DNA from: the human T2T-CHM13v2.0 reference genome, Homo sapiens
Assembly: GCF_009914755.1 (NCBI RefSeq)
Contig: NC_060947.1
Reading direction: 5' to 3' (one strand)
Length of the DNA: 64,000 nt
Shown: positions 26,001 through 37,543 of the stretch, one piece after another
How the letters are laid out: each line of letters begins with the position of its first letter
Position numbering within the stretch: position 1 is the first letter of the stretch
The notes under the pieces: generated by a model
Told to the model about the DNA's origin: nothing
What the model saw: the letters and a program-made list of their open reading frames with translations, nothing else
Database searches by the model: none
Made by a program: the position numbers and the translations under genes

Positions 26001-29000
26001 CAGATTCTACAGAAAGAGTGTTTCGAACCTGAACTCTCAAAGGCAGGTTCATCTCTGCGAGTTAAATGCATTCGTCATGAAGAACTTTCTCAGAGTGTTT
26101 GTGTTTAGTTATGGGAAATTATTCCCGTTCCCAACGAAATCCTCAGAGAGGTCCAAATGTCCACCTGCAGATTCTACCAAAAGTGTATTTGGAAACTGCT
26201 CCATCAACAGGCATGTTCAGCTCTGTGAGTGAAACTCCATCATCACAAAGAATATTCTGAGAATGCTTCCGTTTGCCTTTTATATGAAGTTCCTTCCTAT
26301 ACGACCGTAGGCCTCAAAGCAGTCCAAATCTCCATTTGCAGATTCTACAAAAAGAGTGATTCCAATCTGCTCTATCAATAGGATTGTTCAACTCCATGAG
26401 TTGAATGCCATCCTCACAAAGTCGTTTCTGAGAATGCTTCTATCTAGTTTTTATGTGAAGATATTTCCTTTTCCACCACAGGCCTCAAAGCCCTCCAAAC
26501 GTCCACTTGCAGATTCTCGAAAAAGAGTGTTTCATAGCTGCTCTTTCAAAAGGAAAGTTCAACACTGGGAGTTGAATACAAACATCACAAAGTAGTTTCC
26601 GAGAATGCTTCTGTTTAGTTCTTATGTGAAGATGATCCCGTTTCCAGTGAAATCTTCAAAGAGGTCCACATATCCCCTTGCAGATTCCAAAGAAAGAGGG
26701 TTTCAAAACTGCTCCATCAAAAGGATTGTTCAACTCTGTGAGTTGAATGCAGTCATCACAGAAAACTTTCTGAGAATGCTTCTGTCTAGGTTTGATGTGA
26801 AGATATAGACGTTTCAAACGAAGGCTACATAGTGGTCAAAATATACACTTGCAGATTCTACTACAAGGGTGTTGCAAACCTGAACTATCAAAGGAAGGTT
26901 CAACTCTGTGAGTTGAATACAAACATCACAAAGAATGTTCTGAGTTTGCTTCCGTTCAGTTATGGGAAGTTGATCCCGTTCCCAACGAAATCCTCAGAGA
27001 GGTCCAAATATCCCCTTGCAGATTCTACAAAACGTGTGTTTGGAAACTGCTCCATCATAACGAATGTTCAGCTCTCTGAGTTAAACTCCATCGTCACAAA
27101 GAATTTTCTGAGAGTGCTACCGTCTAGTTTTTATATGAAGTTCTTTATTTTACTACCACAGGCCTCAAAGCGGTCCAAATCTCCACTTGCAGATTCTACA
27201 AAAAGAGTGTCTGCAAACTGCTCTATCAAAAGGAATGTTCAACTCTGGGAGTTGAATGCAATCATCACAGAGCAGTTTCTGAGAATGCTTCTATGTCGTT
27301 TTTAGGAAAAGATATTTCCTTTTCCAACACAGTCCTCCAAGCCCGCTAAATATCCACTTGCACATTGTAGAAAAAGTGTGTCAAAGCTGCGCTATCAAAA
27401 GGAAAGTTCAACTCTGTGAGGTGAATGCAAACATCCCAAAGAAGTTTCTGAGAATGCTTCCGTTTAGCTTTTAGGTGAAGATTATCCCGTTTGCAACGAA
27501 ATCTTCAAAGAGGTCCAAATATCCCCTTGCGGATCCCACAGAAAGAGTGTTTCGAAACTGCTGTTTCAAAAGGAATCTTCAACTCTGTGAGTTGAATGCA
27601 ATCATCACAAAGAAGTTTCTGACAATGCTTCTCCCTCGTCTTTCTGTGAAGATAAAGGAAAAGGCTTTCAGGCCTTTTCCACCACAGGCCTGAAAGCGCT
27701 CCAAATGTCCACTTGCAGATTCTGCCAAAAGAATATTTCAAAACTGCTCTATGAAAAACAATGTTAAACTCTGCGGCTCGAACACAAACATCACAAAGCA
27801 GTTTCTAAGCATGCTTCAGTTTAGTTTTTCTGTGGAAATATTCCCGTTTCCAAAGAAATCTTCAAAGAGGTCCACGTATCCACTTACAGATTCTACAAAA
27901 AGACAGTTTCAAAACTGCTCAATCAAAAGGAGGGTTCAACTGTGTGACTTGAATGCAATCATCACTCAGAACTTTCTGAGAATGCTTCTCCTTAGTTTTT
28001 ACATGAACATATACCCGTTTCGAACGAAGGCCACCCAGTGGTCCAAATATCCACTTGCAGATTCTACAGAAAGAGTGTTTCGAACCTGAACTCTCAAAGG
28101 CAGGTTCATCTCTGCGAGTTAAATGCATTCGTCATGAAGAACTTTCTCAGCGTGTTTGTGTTTAGTTATGGGAAATTATTCCCGTTCCCAACGAAATCCT
28201 CAGAGAGGTCCAAATGTCCACCTGCAGATTCTACCAAAAGTGTATTTGGAAACTGCTCCATCAACAGGCATGTTCAGCTCTGTGAGTGAAACTCCATCAT
28301 CACAAAGAATATTCTGAGAATGCTTCCGTTTGCCTTTTATATGAAGTTCCTTCCTATACGACCGTAGGCCTCAAAGCAGTCCAAATCTCCATTTGCAGAT
28401 TCTACAAAAAGAGTGATTCCAATCTGCTCTATCAATAGGATTGTTCAACTCCATGAGTTGAATGCCATCCTCACAAAGTCGTTTCTGAGAATGCTTCTAT
28501 CTAGTTTTTATGTGAAGATATTTCCTTTTGCACCACAGGCCTCAAAGCCCTCCAAACGTCCACTTGCAGATTCTCGAAAAAGAGTGTTTCATAGCTGCTC
28601 TTTCAAAAGGAAAGTTCAACTCTGGGAGTTGAATACAAACATCACAAAGTAATTTCCGAGAATGCTTCTGTTTAGTTTTTATGTGAAGATGATCCCGTTT
28701 CCAGTGAAATCTTCAAAGAGGTCCACATATCCCCTTGCAGATTCCAAAGAAAGAGGGTTTCAAAACTGCTCCATCAAAAGGATTGTTCAACTCTGTGAGT
28801 TGAATGCAGTCATCGCAGAAAACTTTCTGAGAATGCTTCTGTCTAGGTTTGATGTGAAGATATAGACGTTTCAAACGAAGGCTACAAAGTGGTCAAAATA
28901 TACACTTGCAGATTGTACTACAAGGGTGTTGCAAACCTGAACTATCAAAGGAAGGTTCAACTCTGTGGGTTGAATACAAACATCACAAAGAATGTTCTGA

Positions 29001-30945
29001 GTTTGGTTCCGTTCAGTTATGGGAAGTTGATCCCGTTCCCAACAAAATCCTCAGAGAGGTCCAAATATCCCCTTGCAGATTCTACAAAACGTGTGTTTGG
29101 AAACTGCTCCATCATAACGAATGTTCAGCTCTCTGAGTTAAACTCCATCGTCACAAAGAATTTTCTGAGAGTGCTACCGTCTAGTTTTTATATGAAGTTC
29201 TTTCCTTTACTACCACAGGCCTCAAAGCGGTCCAAATCTCCACTTGCAGATCCTACAAAAAGAGTGTCTGCAAACTGCTCTATCAAAAGGAATGTTCAAC
29301 TCTGGGAGTTGAATGCAATCATCACAGAGCAGTTTCTGAGAATGCTTCTATGTCGTTTTTAGGAGAAGATATTTCCTTTTCCAACACAGTCCTCCAAGCC
29401 CGCTAAATAGCCACTTGCACATTGTAGAAAAAGTGTGTCGAAGCTGCGCTATCAAAGGGAAAGTTCAACTCTGTGAGGTGAATGCAAACATCCCAAAGAA
29501 GTTTCTGAGAATGCTTCCGTTTAGCTTTTAGGTGAAGATTATCCCGTTTGCAACGAAATCTTCAAAGAGGTCCAAATATCCCCTTGCGGATCCCACAGAA
29601 AGAGTGTTTCGAAACTGCTGTTTCAAAAGGAATCTTCAACTCTGTGAGTTGAATGCAATCATCACAAAGAAGTTTCTGACAATGCTTCTCTCTCGTCTTT
29701 CTGTGAAGATAAAGGAAAAGGCTTTCAGGCCTTTTCCACCACAGGCCTGAAAGCGCTCCAAATGTCCACTTGCAGATTCTGCCAAAAGAATATTTCAAAA
29801 CTGCTCTATGAAAAGCAATGTTAAACTCTGCGGCTCGAACACAAACATCACAAAGCAGTTTCTGAGAATGCTTCAGTTTAGTTTTTCTGTGGAAATATTC
29901 CCGTTTCCAAAGAAATCTTCAAAGAGGTCCACGTATCCACTTACAGATTCTACAAAAAGACAGTTTCAAAACTGCTCAATCAAAAGGAGGGTTCAACTGT
30001 GTGACTTGAATGCAATCATCACTCAGAACTTTCTGAGAATGCTTCTCCTTAGTTTTTACATGAACATATACCCGTTTCGAACGAAGGCCACCCAGTGGTC
30101 CAAATATCCACTTGCAGATTCTACAGAAAGAGTGTTTCGAACCTGAACTCTCAAAGGCAGGTTCATCTCTGCGAGTTAAATGCATTCGTCATGAAGAACT
30201 TTCTCAGCGTGTTTGTGTTTAGTTATGGGAAATTATTCCCGTTCCCAACGAAATCCTCAGAGAGGTCCAAATGTCCACCTGCAGATTCTACCAAAAGTGT
30301 ATTTGGAAACTGCTCCATCAACAGGCATGTTCAGCTCTGTGAGTGAAACTCCATCATCACAAAGAATATTCTGAGAATGCTTCCGTTTGCCTTTTATATG
30401 AAGTTCCTTCCTATACGACCGTAGGCCTCAAAGCAGTCCAAATCTCCATTTGCAGATTCTACAAAAAGAGTGATTCCAATCTGCTCTATCAATAGGATTG
30501 TTCAACTCCATGAGTTGAATGCCATCCTCACAAAGTCGTTTCTGAGAATGCTTCTATCTAGTTTTTATGTGAAGATATTTCCTTTTGCACCACAGGCCTC
30601 AAAGCCCTCCAAACGTCCACTTGCAGATTCTCGAAAAAGAGTGTTTCATAGCTGCTCTTTCAAAAGGAAAGTTCAACTCTGGGAGTTGAATACAAACATC
30701 ACAAAGTAATTTCCGAGAATGCTTCTGTTTAGTTTTTATGTGAAGATGATCCCGTTTCCAGTGAAATCTTCAAAGAGGTCCACATATCCCCTTGCAGATT
30801 CCAAAGAAAGAGGGTTTCAAAACTGCTCCATCAAAAGGATTGTTCAACTCTGTGAGTTGAATGCAGTCATCGCAGAAAACTTTCTGAGAATGCTTCTGTC
30901 TAGGTTTGATGTGAAGATATAGACGTTTCAAACGAAGGCTACAAA

Positions 30946-32975
30946 GTGGTCAAAATATACACTTGCAGATTGTACTACAAGGGTGTTGCAAACCTGAACT
31001 ATCAAAGGAAGGTTCAACTCTGTGGGTTGAATACAAACATCACAAAGAATGTTCTGAGTTTGGTTCCGTTCAGTTATGGGAAGTTGATCCCGTTCCCAAC
31101 AAAATCCTCAGAGAGGTCCAAATATCCCCTTGCAGATTCTACAAAACGTGTGTTTGGAAACTGCTCCATCATAACGAATGTTCAGCTCTCTGAGTTAAAC
31201 TCCATCGTCACAAAGAATTTTCTGAGAGTGCAACCGTCTAGGTTTTATATGAAGTTCTTTCCTTTACTACCACAGGCCTCAAAGCGGTCCAAATCTCCAC
31301 TTGCAGATTCTACAAAAAGAGTGTCTGCAAACTGCTCTATCAAAAGGAATGTTCAACTCTGGGAGTTGAATGCAATCATCACAGAGCAGTTTCTGAGAAT
31401 GCTTCTATGTCGTTTTTAGGAGAAGATATTTCCTTTTCCAACACAGTCCTCCAAGCCCGCTAAATATCAACTTGCACATTGTAGAAAAAGTGTGTCGAAG
31501 CTGCGCTATCAAAGGGAAAGTTCAACTCTGTGAGGTGAATGCAAACATCCCAAAGAAGTTTCTGAGAATGCTTCCGTTTAGCTTTTAGGTGAAGATTATC
31601 CCGTTTGCAACGAAATCTTCAAAGAGGTCCAAATATCCCCTTGCGGATCCCACAGAAAGAGTGTTTCGAAACTGCTGTTTCAAAAGGAATCTTCAACTCT
31701 GTGAGTTGAATGCAATCATCACAAAGAAGTTTCTGACAATGCTTCTCTCTCGTCTTTCTGTGAAGATAAAGGAAAAGGCTTTCAGGCCTTTGCCACCACA
31801 GGCAAATTCTGCCAAAAGAATATTTCAAAACTGCTCTATGAAAAGCAATGTTAAACTCTGTGGCTCGAACACAAACATCACAAAGCGGTCTCTGAGAATG
31901 CTTCAGTTTAGTTTTTCTGTGGAAATATTCCCGTTTCCAAAGAAATCTTCAAAGAGGTCCACGTATCCACTTACAGATTCTACAAAAAGACAGTTTCAAA
32001 ACTGCTCCATCAAAAGGAGGGTTCAACTGTGTGACTTGAATGCAATCATCACTCAGAAGTTTCTGAGAATGCTTCTCTTTAGTTTTTACGTGAACATATA
32101 CCCTTTTCGAACGAAGGCCACCCAGTGGTCCAAATGTCCACTTGCAGATTCTACAGAAAGAGTGTTTCGAACCTGAACTCTCAAAGGCAGGTTCATCTCT
32201 GCGAGTTAAATGCATTCATCATGAAGAACTTTCTCAGAGTGTTTGTGTTTAGTTATGGGAAATTATTCCCGTTTCCAACGAAATCCTCAGAGAGCTCCAA
32301 ATATCCACCTGCAGATTCTACCAAAAGTGTATTTGGAAACTGCTCCATCAAAAGGCATGTTCAGCTCTGTGAGTGAAACTCCATCATCACAAAGAATATT
32401 CTGAGAATGCTTCCGTTTGCCTTTTATATGAAGTTCCTTCCTATACGACCGTAGGCCTCAAAGCAGTCCAAATCTCCATTTGCAGATTCTACAAAAAGAG
32501 TGATTCCAACCTGCTCTATCAATAGGATTGTTCAACTCCATGAGTTGAATGCCATCCTCACAAAGTCGTTTCTGAGAATGCTTCTATCTAGTTTTTATGT
32601 GAAGATATTTCCTTTTCCACCACAGGCCTCAAAGCCCTCCAAACGTCCACTTGCAGATTCTCGAAAAAGAGTGTTTCATAGCTGCTCTTTCAAACGGAAA
32701 GTTCAACTCTGGGAGTTGAATACAAACATCACAAAGTAGTTTCCGAGAATGCTTCTGTTTAGTTCTTATGTGAAGATGATCCCGTTTCCAGTGAAATCTT
32801 CAAAGAGTTCCACATATCCCCTTGCAGATTCCAAAGAAAGTGGTTTTCAAAACTGCTCCATCAGAAGGATTGTTCAACTCTGTGAGTTGAATGCAGTCAT
32901 CGCAGAAAACTTTCTGAGAATGCTTCTGTCTAGGTTTGATGTGAAGATATAGACGTTTCAAACGAAGGCTACAAA
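30946..32975 (-). repeat. Variant HOR (H16), 2,030 bp, carrying a 27-bp deletion at 31803/31804
   Basis: ORF anchor spacing is 2,030 instead of 2,057. The sequence reads CACAGGC|AAATTCTGCC and lacks CTGAAAGCGCTCCAAATGTCCACTTGC. Confidence 0.93.
32267..32283 (-). promoter_or_regulatory. CENP-B box intact at a site that is degenerate in the other HOR copies (H16)
   Basis: TCCCGTTTCCAACGAAA followed by TCCTCAGAGAGCTCC, versus TCCCGTTCCCAACGAAATCCTCAGAGAGGTCC elsewhere. Confidence 0.8.
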
Positions 32976-35900
32976 GTGGTCAAAATATACACTTGCAGAT
33001 TCTACTACAAGGGTGTTGCAAACCTGAACTATCAAAGGAAGGTTCAACTCTGTGGGTTGAATACAAACATCGCAAAGAATGTTCTGAGTTTGCTTCCGTT
33101 CAGTTATGGGAAGTTGATCCCCTTCCCATCGAAATCCTCAGAGAGGTCCAAATATCCCCTTGCAGATTCTACAAAACGTGTGTTTGGAAACTGCTCCATC
33201 ATAACGAATGTTCAGCTCTCTGAGTTAAACTCCATCGTCACAAAGAATTTTCTGAGAGTGCTACCGTCTAGTTTTTATATGAAGTTCTTTCCTTTACTAC
33301 CACAGGCCTCAAAGCGGTCCAAATCTCCACTTGCAGATTCTACAAAAAGAGTGTCTGCAAACTGCTCTATCAAAAGGAATGTTCAACTCTGGGAGTTGAA
33401 TGCAATCATCACAGAGCAGTTTCTGAGAATGCTTCTATGTCGTTTTTAGGAGAAGATATTTCCTATTCCAACACAGTCCTCCAAGCCCGCTAAATATCCA
33501 CTTGCACATTGTAGAAAAAGTGTGTCGAAGCTGCGCTATCAAAGGGAAAGTTCAACTCTGTGAGGTGAATGCAAACATCCCAAAGAAGTTTCTGAGAATG
33601 CTTCCGTTTAGCTTTTACCTGAAGATTATCACGTTTCCAACGAAAGCTTCAAAGAGGTCCAAATATCCCCTTGCGGATCCCACAGAAAGAGTGTTTCGAA
33701 ACTGCTGTTTCAAAAGGAATCTTCAACTCTGTGAGTTGAATGCAATCATCACAAAGAAGTTTCTGACAATGCTTCTCTCTCGCCTTTCTGTGAAGATAAA
33801 GGAAAAGGCTTTCAGGCCTTTTCCACCACAGGCCTGAAAGCGCTCCAAATGTCCACTTGCAGATTCTGCCAAAAGAATATTTCAAAACTGCTCTATGAAA
33901 AGCAATATTAAACTCTGCGGCTCCAACACAAACATCACAAAGCAGTTTCTGAGAATGCTTCAGTTTAGTTTTTCTGTGGAAATATTCCCGTTTCCAAAGA
34001 AATCTTCAAAGAGGTCCACGTATCCACTTACAGATTCTACAAAAAGACAGTTTCAAAACTGCTCCATCAAAAGGAGGGATCAACTGTGTGACTTGAATGC
34101 AATCATCACTCAGAACTTTCTGAGAATGCTTCTCTTTAGTTTTTACGTGAACATATACCCGTTTCGAACGAAGGCCACCCAGTGGTCCAAATATCCACTT
34201 GCAGATTCTACAGAAAGAGTGTTTCGAACCTGAACTCTCAAAGGCAGGTTCATCTCTGCGAGTTAAATGCATTCGTCATGAAGAACTTTCTCAGCGTGTT
34301 TGTGTTTAGTTATGGGAAATTATTCCCGTTCCCAACGAAATCCTCAGAGAGGTCCAAATGTCCACCTGCAGATTCTACCAAAAGTGTATTTGGAAACTGC
34401 TCCATCAACAGGCATGTTCAGCTCTGTGAGTGAAACTCCATCATCACAAAGAACATTCTGAGAATGCTTCCGTTTGCCTTTTATATGAAGTTCCTTCCTA
34501 TACGACCATAGGCCTCAAAGAAGTCCAAATCTCCATTTGCAGATTCTACAAAAAGAGTGATTCCAATCTGCTCTATCAATAGGATTGTTCAACTCCATGA
34601 GTTGAATGCCATCCTCACAAAGTCGTTTCTGAGAATGCTTCTATCTAGTTTTTATGTGAAGATATTTCCTTTTGCACCACAGGCCTCAAAGCCCTCCAAA
34701 CGTCCACTTGCACATTCTCGAAAAAGACTGTTTCATAGCTGCTCTTTCAAAAGGAAAGTTCAACTCTGGGAGTTGAATACAAACATCACAAAGTAGTTTC
34801 CGAGAATGCTTCTCTTTAGTTCTTATGTGAAGATGATCCCGTTTCCAGTGAAATCTTCAAAGAGGTCCACATATCCCCTTGCAGATTCCAAAGAAAGAGG
34901 GTTTCAAAACTGCTCCATCAAAAGGATTGTTCAACTCTGTGAGTTGAATGCAGTCATCGCAGAAAACTTTCTGAGAATGCTTCTGTCTAGGTTTGATGTG
35001 AAGATATAGACGTTTCAAACGAAGGCTACAAAGTGGTCAAAATATACACTTGCAGATTGTACTACAAGGGTGTTGCAAACCTGAACTATCAAAGGAAGGT
35101 TCAACTCTGTGGGTTGAATACAAACATCGCAAAGAATGCTCTGAGTTTGCTTCCGTTCAGTTATGGGAAGTTGATCCCCTTCCCAACGAAATCCTCAGAG
35201 AGGTCCAAATATCCCCTTGCAGATTCTACAAAACGTGTGTTTGGAAACTGCTCCATCATAACGAATGTTCAGCTCTCTGAGTTAAACTCCATCGTCACAA
35301 AGAATTTTCTGAGAGTGCTACCGTCTAGTTTTTATATGAAGTTCTTTCCTTTACTACCACGGGCCTCAAAGCGGTCCAAATCTCCACTTGCAGATTCTAC
35401 AAAAAGAGTGTCTGCAAACTGCTCTATCAAAAGGAATGTTCAACTCTGGGAGTTGAATGCAATCATCACAGAGCAGTTTCTGAGAAGGCTTCTATGTCGT
35501 TTTTAGGAGAAGATATTTCCTTTTCCAACACAGTCCTCCAAGCCCGCTAAATATCCACTTGCACATTTTAGAAAAAGTGTGTCGAAGCTGCGCTATCAAA
35601 GGGAAAGTTCAACTCTGTGAGGTGAATGCAAACATCCCAAAGAAGTTTCTGAGAATGCTTCCGTTTAGCTTTTAGGTGAAGATTATCCCGTTTCCAACGA
35701 AATCTTCAAAGAGGTCCAAATATCCCCTTGCGGATCCCACAGAAAGAGTGTTTCGAAACTGCTGTTTCAAAAGGAATCTTCAACTCTGTGAGTTGAATGC
35801 AATCATCACAAAGAAGTTTCTGACAATGCTTCTCTCTCGTCTTTCTGTGAAGATAAAGGAAAAGGCTTTCAGGCCTTTTCCACCACAGGCCTGAAAGCGC

Positions 35901-37543
35901 TCCAAATGTCCACTTGCAGATTCTGCCAAAAGAATATTTCAAAACTGCTCTATGAAAAGCAATGTTAAACTCTGCGGCTCGAACACAAACATCACAAAGC
36001 AGTTTCTGAGAATGCTTCAGTTTAGTTTTTCTGTGGAAATATTCCCGTTTCCAAAGAAATCTTCAAAGAGGTCCACGTATCCACTTACAGATTCTACAAA
36101 AAGACAGTTTCAAAACTGCTCAATCAAAAGGAGGGTTCAACTGTGTGACTTGAATGCAACCATCACTCAGAAGTTTCTGAGAATGCTTCTCTTTAGTTTT
36201 TACGTGAACATATACCCGTTTCGAACCAAGGCCACCCAGTGGTCCAAGTATCCACTTGCAGATTCTACAGAAAGAGTGTTTCGAACCTGAACTCTCAAAG
36301 GCAGGTTCATCTCTGCGAGTTAAATGCATTCGTCATGAAGAACTTTCTCACCGTGTTTGTGTTTACTTATGGGAAATTATTCCCGTTCCCAACGAAATCC
36401 TCAGAGAGGTCCAAATGTCCACCTGCAGATTCTACCAAAAGTGTATTTGGAAACTGCTCCATCAACAGGCATGTTCAGCTCTGTGAGTGAAACTCCATCA
36501 TCACAAAGAATATTCTGAGAATGCTTCCGTTTGCCTTTTATATGAAGTTCCTTCCTATACGACCGTAGGCCTCAAAGCAGTCCAAATCTCCATTTGCAGA
36601 TTCTACAAAAAGAGTGATTCCAATCTCCTCTATCAATAGGATTGTTCAACTCCATGAGTTGAATGCCATCCTCACAAAGTCGTTTCTGAGAATGCTTCTA
36701 TTTAGTTTTTATGTGAAGATATTTCCTTTTCCACCACAGGCCTCAAAGCCCTCCAAACGTCCACTTGCAGATCCTCGAAAAAGAGTGTTTCATAGCTGCT
36801 CTTTCAAAAGGAAAGTTCAACTCTGGGAGTTGAATACAAACATCACAAAGTAGTTTCCGAGAATGCTTCTGTTTAGTTCTTATGTGAAGATGATCCCGTT
36901 TCCAGTGAAATCTTCAAAGAGGTCCACATATCCCCTTGCAGATTCCAAAGAAAGAGGGTTTCAAAACTGCTCCATCAAAAGGATTGTTCAACTCTGTGAG
37001 TTGAATGCAGTCATCGCAGAAAACTTTCTGAGAATGCTTCTGTCTAGGTTTGATGTGAAGATATAGACGTTTCAAACGAAGGCTACAAAGTGGTCAAAAT
37101 ATACACTTGCAGATTCTACTACAAGGGTGTTGCAAACCTGAACTATCAAAGGAAGGTTCAACTCTGTGGGTTGAATACAAACATCGCAAAGAATGTTCTG
37201 AGTTTGCTTCCGTTCAGTTATGGGAAGTTGATCCCCTTCCCAACGAAATCCTCAGAGAGGTCCAAATATCCCCTTGCAGATTCTACAAAACGTGTGTTTG
37301 GAAACTGCTCCATCATAACGACTGTTCAGCTCTCTGAGTTAAACTCCATCGTCACAAAGAATTTTCTGAGAGTGCTACCGTCTAGTTTTTATATGAAGTT
37401 CTTTCCTTTACTACCACAGGCCTCAAAGCGGTCCAAATCTCCACTTGCAGATTCTACAAAAAGAGTGTCTGCAAACTGCTCTATCAAAAGGAATGTTCAA
37501 CTCTGGGAGTTGAATGCAATCATCACAGAGCAGTTTCTGAGAA

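Noticed and set aside
31589-32176. Longest ORF (195 aa), unique to H16
   Set aside because: Created by the in-frame 27-bp deletion removing a TGA; no sign of coding function.
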